The position numbers and the translations under genes were made by a program. Source: Trichoplax adhaerens (lineage: Eukaryota > Animalia > Placozoa). Taken from it: DNA of 64,000 nt. Of this stretch, positions 11,849-23,422 are shown piece after piece. The DNA lies in NCBI RefSeq assembly GCF_000150275.1, contig NW_002060947.1, positions 914,695 through 978,694 on the forward strand, written 5' to 3'. Positions within the stretch are counted from its first letter, which is position 1; every line of letters starts with the position of its first letter. The notes under the pieces were generated by a model. It was not told the origin of the DNA. It did no database searches and was given only the letters and a program-made list of their open reading frames with translations.

Positions 11849-14800
11849 ATGGAGATACAAAGTAAACATGACTGTAAGTTACCAGAGGATCTTAATCTGG
11901 TGGATTTCATCTTTGAATATTTTGATAAATACGGCGATAGAGAGGCCGTGGTAAGTCTTACTATTTTTTATATTTTTTTTGGGCCTAGTTAGGCATAATA
12001 AAGCCATAAATCATTAATTTAAATATATGTTTACTTCAGAGCGTTTAATGAAGCTTTCAGCAATCTAATTTTTTCCTCTCTCAATCTTCCAAACAGCAAC
12101 GCTTTATAGAATTTTTACCAGCTTAATTAAATTAATTATCGTGATCGGTCCTCATAAGTTGCTGTAATGAAGCGATATTGATACGTAGATAACATATGTG
12201 TAGATAAAACATAGTTATAACCATAATCGTTAGTAATAGATTTTAAGTTGTTTATTGAAATACTATACGTAATTTTACTAGTACTGGGAATAAAATATGT
12301 GCGTAAACAAGATCAACAATTGAAGCGCCATATATATAATGTCTTGTGATTTTAATTAATTACTATCAACACCCGCGTTACTTTCATTGTGTTCGGGGTC
12401 ACGTTGTTTTGAAAGGTGATTATTCTTTTATAAGGCGGATGAATGTGTTGAGGACTAGTTTAACTAACTTTATATATTAGTTTATTTCTGTCAAGGACTA
12501 TATTAAGAGCCTCAATTGTGAAAGTACATCAATAATATAACTATACTAGTATGATATATATACGGAGAGTTATATGAATTAAAATTATCCAATTAGATAC
12601 TTTCCTTCTTCAGCAGATTTTAAGCATTGTTTATACACTTTTCATCTACTTTTAAGGACTGAACATTAGAAACTATAGCAGTGTCCTACAGTACTTCATT
12701 CATGATTTATTGATCAATATTATAACATGATAAACCGAGGATATGATAATATAATTTAGTATGAAAAAACAGACGTTAGTTATCGGTAGCAATTGATCTT
12801 CTTTTGAGAAGTTAGAAGATTGACACAATAGTGAGGGTTTGATATTCTCGTACACTATAGTCACAATATTATTTTATAATTAGCACATAGAAGCCAACAA
12901 GCAGTGCCAGTAATTGCTTCATTCTTAGTAGTTCATCTTTTAATTTTTTGGACTCCTTCCAAAAAATATAGTCACTTGATTGTAAGCTTGAAATTAATAC
13001 ACTAAAGGACGCTGAGATTAACATTGTAGATGAATTCACCAGTAAAAATAATTCATCTGCTAAGATGAAGTTGGCTATGTTTTATAAGATAATGAAAATA
13101 AACATCACACGGTGTTTTTTCTTCACTTTAGAAGCAAATCGATAGCCGTACACAATCTGTACCTTGTTACACCACTATTCCTGCTAATAGTCTGGAATAG
13201 TTTTAACATTCTAATTCTTTGTTGTACACTGTAGAGGCTCTTTGATTTAAACGAACAGTTTCTATAAATCGTTTTCACCGCTAAATTTTTGTTAACTCGC
13301 TGAAATAAATCCAATTATTACTAATCTACCATTGGTGTGATGGCTTTGAGTTTCAAATTATTTAGTCAGATAATAATTCGGGGCAAAACTTTCAGAGTGA
13401 AGTTACTTTTGAAATATTTTGGGTGTTATAAAGACTCAAAGGGTCTGACAGTTACTATAAGATTCATTATCTAATGGCAATTAGAAAGAGATATTTCGAG
13501 ATGATGATTCTTTATAGCAAAGTATCCTTGTCTACCAGGTTTAATTAAGTCCTGTACATGCGTAAATATGTTAGTAATAGCTTGTATTTACTGTTCGTAA
13601 ATTTAATCAATTGTTGTCATTCTTAAATTCGATTCCATTCATTTTGTCGAATTAATCAATCGCAGGTCGATGCTGCCAGTGGCCGATGCTATACTTATGC
13701 ACAAATTCGAGGATTAGCTCGTAAATTTGCTTCTGCTTTAACTCGCCGTGGTCTACAGAAGGGCGATACTGTTGCCGTCTACTCACCTAATATTCCTGAA
13801 TATCCAATCGTCTTCTTTGGTATTATAATAGCTGGTGGTACTATTACTACTTGCAATCCGTTATACACTCCTAAAGAGTTATCTCATCAATTGCATCTTG
13901 CTGAAGCAAAGCACATTTTTACTGTTAATCTGTTTGCTGAAAAAGCCAAGGAGGCAGCATTTCTAAGGTTTTATAACATGTTAATCTATAGTTGCTATTA
14001 ATTTTAATCATTGATAGCATATACGAGTATGCCAATAATATCGTATTTGTATACTTAAATGATGTTAATTTGTACATATTACAGCAAAATTTCTAACATT
14101 TACGTCCTTGGAAGTCCAACTGGTGACGGTATAACATCTTTTCAAGAATTACTAGCTGACGATGGTAGCTATCTGAAAGAAGTTAAGTTCGACGTTCGTG
14201 AAGATGTGGCTGTATTACCATTTTCGAGTGGTACGACAGGATTGCCAAAAGGTAAATATAGAAATGGGATATAATATTGCATTTTTCTATTCTTATCTGT
14301 TAGGAATTACGAACTAAAATAGTTTACTTGAAAAAATATTAACCGTGAATTAATGGATTCAATGAAACCGAATTGGTACTTTAATTATAATACAGGGATG
14401 TTTTGATTCTGAAGTATTATATATCACTATGAATTACAATAGTATAACCATCTTTAATTATAGGCATAGTCATTACGGTTTGAAGAAAAGTTCTAGCTAT
14501 AGATGTTGAGATTTAAAGCCATAATTACTTGTATTTTAATGTAAGGTTAATTTGGTTATGTCGATAGCGTCAATTAGCTGGCATAGAAATATGTCCTTAT
14601 AAAATGAAATAATCAATATGAAAATTTTACAAATGAAAAATATAGGCGTAATGCTAACGCATCACAATATTGTCAGTAACGTCAGTCAAGCAACGATTAA
14701 GGGCTTCTTTTACGTGAATACTGATGATACAATATTGGCTTTATTACCATGGTTCCATATTTATGGTATGGTAACTATTCTATTTGCTGGATTGCGCTTT

Positions 14801-16332
14801 GGCGCTAAAATAATTTCCATGGCAAGATTCGAGCCAAAAGCGTTTCTTGAGACTATTCAGAAGCATAAGGTATTTTTTTTATCATTTGTGTTGTTCAAAT
14901 ATAGGCAATTTTAAGCCATATTGGCTTATAACCTCAAATAACGCGTCATCTTTAGAATTCTATTTATGCTACATTAGATTACTATAGCTCCAATAGTACC
15001 ACCTATCGCTGTATTTCTGTCGAAACATCCACTAGTAGACAGCTTCGACGTTTCCAGTTTAAAAGATGTTATAAGTGCAGCTGCACCTTTGGGTAAGGAA
15101 ACTCAAGCTGCGCTGGGGACAAGATTAGGAGTAAATGTTCGGCAAGGTAAATTTCGCATGTTTTAATTTCTTACTATATTTGAAATATACGATACATGAA
15201 ATATTTGTAAAATACGGTAATCAATATCGCCAATAACTAGTATTGTGCTATTAGTATAAGTATAGGTATTATAGACACTATTTTGTTTGGATAAATTTAT
15301 GATGATTGCTGTTTTACTCACGTATTCAATAAAGGTTATGGTATGACTGAGTTAAGTCCAGTTATTACCGTATCTATTTCGGAAGGAAATGTGATTGGTT
15401 CAGCCGGAGTATTGATTCCACATACCAAAGCTAAGGTAGATATCAAAAGTAAACGACTTTTTGCGTAATAGTGCACTTTGTTGGTGCAATAATTCAACAT
15501 CGGTACCAATTTTTACTTTAAATTAGTTTATCTAACAGGCTCGATGTTAAATGCACTATCTGCTGCATTCATAGCTCGTATCGTAAAATCGATTTTACTC
15601 AAAAATTATAGTTAATTAATTGAGAATAGTTTTTCTCATAAGACATCTCTTAACCACATGTAGACCGTAGATATTCAAACTGGTGAGGCCTTATCTTATG
15701 GAAAATCGGGAGAGTTATGCTTCAAAGGACCGCAGGTCATGAAGGGCTATTTGAAAAACAAAGCAGCAACAGATAGAACCATCGATGCAGATGGGTGGCT
15801 TCATACTGGAGATATTGGTTATTATGATGAGAGCGGACACTTTTATATCGTGGATCGTCTGAAAGAATTGATTAAATATAAAGGATTTCAGGTCAGTTTT
15901 GCTATCGTTTAACAATACTAAGGGATTTTTTAGGTCAGTTAACCTTTTCAATTACATGAGCATCCGTGATGGCAATTGTAAGAGATCTTGATATAATGAC
16001 ACGATATATATGCTTATATTTCTGATTAGGTTGCGCCTGCTGAGTTAGAAGAGTTGCTTTTGACTCATCCTAAAGTTGCTGATGCTGCAGTTATTGGTGT
16101 TCCTGATGTTGATGCTGGTGAATTACCAAAAGCTTTCGTGGTAAAGCGAGCAAATGATATTACTGAGGAAGAAATTATTGCTTTTATTGCATCAGAAGTC
16201 GGTCCTCATAAAAAACTACGTGGAGGAGTAGAATTTATCGAAAGTATTCCTAAATCGGCTAGTGGTAAAATTTTGCGACGGCAGTTGAAAGCTCAAGAAA
16301 TTGAAAAATGTGAAAAGGATAAATCAAGTTGA
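11849..16332 (+). CDS. 4-coumarate:CoA ligase / luciferase-like acyl-CoA synthetase, copy C (intact, 531 aa)
   Basis: Exons 11849-11950, 13666-13967, 14085-14251, 14646-14869, 14978-15146, 15335-15435, 15664-15891, 16030-16332. Exons 1-7 have the same sizes and phases as copy A. Full [11 protein letters not shown]-loop, GYGMTE, TGD and catalytic Lys (GKILRR). Confidence 0.93.
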
Positions 16333-18012
16333 ATTCAGGGCCTTTTCCATTTGTCTGGAGTGTATTATTGAGCTAGATTTTCTCTTGCGCTTGTCTAGTA
16401 TCTTAAATCGGCGCGCAAGACTAGTAGACATGCAATTTGTTTGTTTTTGCCTAATAAGATTTTCATGTGATACAGTATATCGAAAAATAATAAGCACAGC
16501 TGATAGTAGTAACATATTAAACCGATAAATGAAACTGTAGTTTTCATGATTATTCCATGGAAGTGCCTTGCTATGAGACTTATTACTTGATTTGTTAGAA
16601 AAATAGCCCACTCGGTTCACATGAAACATTTTGTGTTAGTTAGTACAAGATTAAGAAATGAATTTTATTTGGTTGCTAAAATTACAATTTATCTCATTTC
16701 ATAATTACTCCTTTGAACGGTATATTATCGATTATTATTCATTTTTGATCTAATAAGGCATTGAGCTTGCACTGAATGATTTATTAAATTTCAGTTTTAG
16801 ACCTAGATATTAGATATATTGCGATGGATTATGATGAATATCTCAGTAATATATAGTGTTTAATACTAGCTACCGTATATCATTCGCAGTATTAGATTAT
16901 ATTGGAGATAACAGACACAGTTCCAGTTCGAAGCATAGCGATCATATCTACTTTGTACTGTGATAACATCGACATTATCATTTCGTCAGATTTGGAAAAT
17001 GATATACATGTATTGTCAATGACGCTATACTAGTAGTTTTGTGGAATAATCTCCTTTTTGGCGGCCATCTGTGTATTGATCTCTTAGGCACCTTAGCAAA
17101 TAAATAGCGATGGGAAATTGGCATCTTATTTCAAATTAGTATCCTTGCTATCTTGGAAATAAAATTGAATGCAAATATATCATCTTTAATTAACTCTAAA
17201 TATTGGATCTCCAATATATGATTAGTTTAGATTTTGTGCTTTCACATTTAATCTGTTTTTCTGGTTGATTTTAATTCAAGATATATCGTTACAGATGTGG
17301 AGATACCGACAGAATTTAATAATCTACTCTTTTATTACGTTGATTTCAATTATTTAATCCATTATATTATATACTATCTACTGGTATGATTGAGAAATCA
17401 TTGCTATCAGATTATTGATGATATCCTATATATTATTCATTCAGTAGATGATGCATTGAATACAATGTACAATGCTGCTGGTTTATTTACATCAAGAGAT
17501 TTACAGTAGATTTAGAATATGTTCACGATTTATAAGGTGTATCTATAGTATATAATTATATGCACCAATGAATATTCATGATCACTGCTGATCTCTTTGT
17601 GATACAGTTGCTCTCTTCATGAAACTAAGAAAATAAAAAGCACCCTTACTACTATTATTATCACGAGAATCCTATAAACCAATAAGAATTAGCGACAGTG
17701 ATTACTTGCATAGGAAAGTAGACATGTAGGGAAGAATAACAATGTGACTATCATTAGTTTAGATTAAGCATAATGTAAGCTAGTTGATGAAGTAAACAGG
17801 TTACTAAGCCTTTTCTCGGTTCTACGAATAAAATCTTTATGATCAATTTTAATGACGCCTTTTGTATAAATTAATACCGGCTAATTGTATGAAAGCTGTC
17901 TATATTAATCGTACGTCATTGCTAGTAAACATTTTGTTAAAAGACGTTCAGTAGAATACATTTTTCTTGCGATAATTTGTTTTTACTACTTTTTTAACAT
18001 TAAAAATTCTAG

Positions 18013-19524
18013 ATGGACATCTCTTATATTATTTCAGCCATATTTTGGTTTCCAAATTCTTGGATTCAAATCATGGTTGTTTCATTAGTTTATTTATTGA
18101 TCTATTCTCTGTACAAGCATTATTATCTACCTTATCGTGTTTTACAAAGAACGGGATTACCATTTGATCGTCCTACTTATTTAGTTGGCAATAAATTTGA
18201 TTTTGATCCTTCTCTCCTTCATGAGCGTCAGCTAGAAAGGCAGAAAAAGTACGGCTTGGTTTATGGCGAATTCTTTTTCACTGTTCCTACTATATTTATA
18301 GCAGATCCAGAGATAATCAAAAGCATTATGGTTACTCATTTTTCGAACTTTTGTAATCGATTTCAAGCCATCAATTTACCTAGTCTATTTGAAAAATCGA
18401 TTTTGAGGATTGCAGATGAACCTTGGAAACGTATTAGAACTACAATGGTCGGATCATTTAGTGTTGCGAAATTAAAATGCATGCAAAATCTAATTAGTGA
18501 TTCTTGTCGTATTTTAATGGCTAGATTTGAAGAAAGCTTTTACGAAAGTAAAAAAATTGCTTTGATAAAACCATGTGAACATTTCTCCATGCACATATTA
18601 TTGGCCGTAGCATTTGGCATCGAATTTGAATCAGTGAAAGACGAACGTAAAATAACCGAGGCTGTAAATATTCTGTTTTCAAATACGCCTGTTGGTTTAC
18701 GAGTTGTAATGATGCTTTCTATGAGGGCGTGGGAAGCTCTTGAACGGTTAATGGGTGGCAATTTTCAAAGTTCAATCGATTACTTAGAGAAGATAGTAAT
18801 GAATGTTATTAAAGATCGACGCAATAATATCAAGCTGAAGAAGCCATGCCGTCAAGATATCCTACAACTGCTGATTGAAGCCGGCGATAAGGGCAAATTA
18901 ACTGATGAAGAGATTGTCGCTCAAGTATTCTTTCTAATGGCCGGAGGTTATCAAACTACCGCTACCACGTTAATGTTTGCTCTGTATTCGATTGCTACAA
19001 ATAGCAATGTACAAGAGAAATTATATGATGAAATTCAAGCTAAATATGATAATAGCAACTGCCAAGTGGATTACAATTTTGTTTCTGAGCTGCCGTACTT
19101 GGGAATGGTCATAGAAGAGACCACACGAATGTATCCTCCAGTGATATTTCCCGATCGCGGAGTGAAGGAAGACATTGTTATTAATGGATTGCTTATTCCT
19201 AAAGAGGTCATGATTGGGTTTCCTACATACGCCATACATCATAATCCAGACTATTGGCCAAATCCAGAAGAATTTCGCCCTGAACGATTTTCGCCTGAAG
19301 AAAAAGCAAAACAGATCCCATTTAGCTACATTACTTTCGGTGATGGGCCACGACAATGTCTGGGCGTTCGCTTAGCCAAATTAGAGATTAGGATGGCAAT
19401 AGTGAATATATTACTTAAATACGAATTATTTCCAGTTAAGGAAACAGAAATTCCCTTAAAATTGAAGAGCTTGGGAACAATGATACCTGCTAACGAGATT
19501 GTCTTAGGTTTAAAGAAGCGCTAG
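18013..19524 (+). CDS. Cytochrome P450 (CYP3-clan-like), array member 1, 503 aa, intronless CDS
   Basis: N-terminal TM anchor, WKRIR, I-helix AGGYQTT, ETTR (ExxR), PERF, heme motif FGDGPRQCLG. Confidence 0.96.
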   Translation: MDISYIISAIFWFPNSWIQIMVVSLVYLLIYSLYKHYYLPYRVLQRTGLPFDRPTYLVGNKFDFDPSLLHERQLERQKKYGLVYGEFFFTVPTIFIADPEIIKSIMVTHFSNFCNRFQAINLPSLFEKSILRIADEPWKRIRTTMVGSFSVAKLKCMQNLISDSCRILMARFEESFYESKKIALIKPCEHFSMHILLAVAFGIEFESVKDERKITEAVNILFSNTPVGLRVVMMLSMRAWEALERLMGGNFQSSIDYLEKIVMNVIKDRRNNIKLKKPCRQDILQLLIEAGDKGKLTDEEIVAQVFFLMAGGYQTTATTLMFALYSIATNSNVQEKLYDEIQAKYDNSNCQVDYNFVSELPYLGMVIEETTRMYPPVIFPDRGVKEDIVINGLLIPKEVMIGFPTYAIHHNPDYWPNPEEFRPERFSPEEKAKQIPFSYITFGDGPRQCLGVRLAKLEIRMAIVNILLKYELFPVKETEIPLKLKSLGTMIPANEIVLGLKKR

Positions 19525-21910
19525 TACATACTACTTTGCAGTGTTTTACGTAGCCAGGGACTGCTCTTTCATTTAGAACTGTAATTTATTAGTCTCTCAC
19601 GTAACTTAGCATTGGATTGTAAATAATTATCTATGTATGGTATATTGTAGGGTGGCGTAGCTTTCTATATATATCTAAAGGCATCCTTAGCTTATTTAGT
19701 AGCTTATAGCCTCAGACTTGGATAGAAGGTTCTATTTTAGAGTATTAATGACTATATGTGCATGCGGTAGGGCGTAGAGTCACGATTAATGTTAGAGATA
19801 AAGCAGATACGTAATATATTAATTAGAATATGATTACTTTATCATGTATTGGCTAGTAGAAATAATGTCTATGTAAATATGAATTACTACTATTACTATA
19901 TTAGATTATAGCTGGCTCACTGCAAAATGTGGCCGCTGACAATAATCTGAATATGCGTAAATTTGGATAGAATATTTCTATGATGATTGCAACTGCAAGC
20001 GCTACGAAAATCAAGTAAGCAGGCAACTGTAGGCTATATAGTAAGAAATCAAGTCATAAATTATTAGCACTGCTATTATCTTCAAGATATTTCTTGACTT
20101 TTAAACAGTGATGGAGCGTTATTTTTGCGAATAAATTGAGAAAACGTTGTATCTGGAGATTGAAATATTGCTAAATAAGTTATATTTAATTATTAATGTG
20201 CGGATAGCAGAGAAGAAGAGTAGCGGCATATTTGTCAAAAGTGCCTCAAAACAAGATTAGGTAGCGCCTAGGTTGTAGTAGGATTCACTTTCTACACCTT
20301 ACTTTATATGAATAAATCTAAAATCTAAACGAATTTTCTAGAGCTATACACATTTTTACGTAAAACTAAAATTTGTTCTTAGTAGGCTACAAAAAATGCG
20401 TACGTGAGACTTAGCTATTCTCACTACCATTACTAGCTGTAAATCTAAATAGATCAATTTAATGATACTTCTATAATGGCTTACTATGAGCACCTATTCG
20501 ATAGTATCTATACTTTACTGTAATTTTTAAATCATGTTTCACTTCGGGCAGTGATAATAAGATGCTTATACTCAATTTTTGTTCTAAGAAAGACTAGCCA
20601 TTGAAACTCCAACGCGAGCGAACTGATCCAAAATTTCAAGCTGCTACAAAATTGTGAGGATAACTTTTGCAATAACTTAGACAGCTCCCATAGCTTTGGA
20701 AATCGCTAGCGTATAAAGTCGGTAATGGGGTATAAGAACATACTATATTAATTTAAACAAGTTTATATTTAGACCAGAACTAGGTTTAAACATCTCTTGC
20801 ATAACGAAATAATCACTCATAGCGGAAACGAAGATTGTCTGGAGGTCGACGTGGTGAAGTAATAATATAATCAGCTTATTATTAATAACCATATACGAAT
20901 TCAGTAGCGAGGAATATTACAAAAAATGTTTCAATGGAATCTTGCGTTCTTTCTCGAAAGTACAGATAATATCGTACTATATTTGCAGCATTTTAAACAC
21001 ACGGTTAGTTTCCTTTTAGCAATCTGTAGCAACTTAATTGTCCGTTAATACAAATACGCAGATAGAATGTCTATCAGTATCGAAGTCTATTTGGAAGCCC
21101 TCCGTCATAAAATCATGATCTAATGCAAAGATATCTTCTTCCCTATTTTAAACACGGTATTTTGTCTCAGAAATATCAAATTTAAACTTTCATCTCTGTA
21201 TTTAATTTGTATTTCATGATGATAGGTATTAAAGTATCATTAAGATTGAAATTATTGATATGCAAATAAAATTTATAATCCATTTTTTGTTACTTCAACT
21301 TCTGCTAACTACGCCGTCAACTATTATAATAAACATTAATATATCTGATCTACCAGCATGAGTCTGGAATCAATGGGGGTTTCTTCAGAATAATAAAAGC
21401 ATAGCAGCTTTTTAGCTGGTGTCGCATAGAACATACTATTAATCATTTTATATGCTCGAGTTTTACAGTTTGCACTTATTAATTCTTGATATCCCTAGGA
21501 TCAGTTTTGTAATGTGATTGGCTTCATTAAACTAGAAAGATATATAAACACTATTATTTACTTTAGTGACCCAATGAAAGCTAATGATACTGAATATTAA
21601 ACTAGAAAGTAGACACATGGTACCCGTATAATGAAAGGTAATAACCTGACTGTAATAAATTTTAATATACGAAGTTCAAGTTCGTCAATGCACAAACAGG
21701 TTGTCAAAGCCTTTTCGTAGCTCTGTGAATAGAACCTTTGTAATTGGCCTTTATATCGCTTTTGTCGTAAATCAGTACTCACTAATTAAATGTACGCTGA
21801 CTATGTAGTTTATACATGATTATTGATAGCACTTTTTGCCGAGAGGTTATAGATTGTTCATTGTTTCCATTTTACTTTTTTGATCGTTTTTGTCGCTGAT
21901 TGCCGTCAAG

Positions 21911-23422
21911 ATGGACACCCTTTATATTATTTCAGCCATATTTTGGTTTCCAAGTTCTTGGATTCAAATCGTGGTTATTTCGCTATTCTATTCATTGATT
22001 TATTCCATTTTTAAACATTATTGTCTACCTTATCGAGTTTTACGAAGAACAGGCATACCCTTCGATCGTCCTACTTATTTAGTAGGCAATAACTTTGACT
22101 TTGATCCTTTAACACTTCATAAACGTCAGCTAGAACAGCAGAAAAAGTACGGCTTAGTTTATGGTGATTTCTTTTTTACCATTCCTACTATATTTATAGC
22201 GGATCCAGAGATGATTAAGAGTATTATGGTTACTCATTTTTCGAACTTTTGCAATCGATTCCAAGCCATTAATATGCCCATTCTGTTTGAAAAATCCATT
22301 TTAAGGATCGCAGACGAACCATGGAAACGTATTAGAACTGTGATGATCGGATCATTTAGTGCTGCCAAATTAAAACCTATTGGAAATCTAGTAAGTGATT
22401 CTTGTCGTATTCTAATGATTAGTTTTGATGAGGGTTTTCATAAAAACAAAAAAGTTAGTTTAACAAAACCCTGTGAACACCTTTCTATGCATGTATTACT
22501 GGCTGCAGCATTTGGTATCGAATTTGAAACATTAAAGGATGAGAGTAAAATAACCGAAGCTGTTAATGTTCTGTTTGCAAATATGCCAGTGGGTTTGCGT
22601 ATGGTTATGATGCTTTCCATTCGACTATGGGAATTTCTCGAACCTTTAATGGGCGGTAAAGTGCTAAGTTCAATGGATTACTTAATGCAAATAGTATTAA
22701 ATGTAATTAACGATCGACGCAATAATATCAAGTTGAATAAGTCATGCCGTCAAGATATCTTACAAATGTTGATAGAAGCTGGCGATAAGGGCAAATTAAC
22801 TGATGAAGAAATTGTCGCTCAAGTATTCTTTTTAATGGTTGGAGGTTATCAAACTACCGCTAATACTTTAATGTTTGCTCTACATTCGATTGCTACAAAT
22901 AGTAATGTCCAAGAGAAATTATATGATGAAATTCAAGCTAAATATGATAATAATAATTGTCACATAGATTATGATTTCGTTCTTGAGTTACCATACTTAA
23001 AAATGGTTTTAGAAGAGACTACACGAATGTATCCTCCTGTGATATTTCCCGATCGTGGGGTTAAAGAAGATATTACTATCAATGGCTTGCTTATTCCTAA
23101 AGAGGTGATGATTGGATTTCCTACGTACGCCATACATCATAATCCAGACTATTGGCCAAATCCAGAAGAGTTTCGTCCTGAGCGTTTTACAGTTGAAGAA
23201 AAGGCAAAACAGATTCCATTTAGCTATATTACATTCGGTGGTGGGCAACGACATTGTCTTGGTATGCGCTTAGCCAAATTAGAGGTTAAGATGGCAATAG
23301 TGAATATATTACTTAAATACGAACTGTTTCCAGTTGAAGAAACTAAAGTACCATTAGAAATAAAGAGCGAGGCAACATTGATGCCTGTTGAAGAAATTAT
23401 ATTAGGTTTAAAGAAGCGATAG
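21911..23422 (+). CDS. Cytochrome P450 (CYP3-clan-like), member 2, 503 aa, close paralogue of member 1
   Basis: First ATG at 21911 matches the member 1 start. VGGYQTT, ETTR, PERF, FGGGQRHCLG. Upstream DNA is also homologous to that of member 1. Confidence 0.96.
   Translation: MDTLYIISAIFWFPSSWIQIVVISLFYSLIYSIFKHYCLPYRVLRRTGIPFDRPTYLVGNNFDFDPLTLHKRQLEQQKKYGLVYGDFFFTIPTIFIADPEMIKSIMVTHFSNFCNRFQAINMPILFEKSILRIADEPWKRIRTVMIGSFSAAKLKPIGNLVSDSCRILMISFDEGFHKNKKVSLTKPCEHLSMHVLLAAAFGIEFETLKDESKITEAVNVLFANMPVGLRMVMMLSIRLWEFLEPLMGGKVLSSMDYLMQIVLNVINDRRNNIKLNKSCRQDILQMLIEAGDKGKLTDEEIVAQVFFLMVGGYQTTANTLMFALHSIATNSNVQEKLYDEIQAKYDNNNCHIDYDFVLELPYLKMVLEETTRMYPPVIFPDRGVKEDITINGLLIPKEVMIGFPTYAIHHNPDYWPNPEEFRPERFTVEEKAKQIPFSYITFGGGQRHCLGMRLAKLEVKMAIVNILLKYELFPVEETKVPLEIKSEATLMPVEEIILGLKKR

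Noticed and set aside
11849-16332. Bioluminescence (true luciferase) interpretation of the ligases
   Set aside because: The motifs are shared by the whole 4CL/luciferase-like acyl-CoA synthetase family. Pocket segments ([14 protein letters not shown]) differ from beetle luciferase, and nothing in the sequence indicates light emission.
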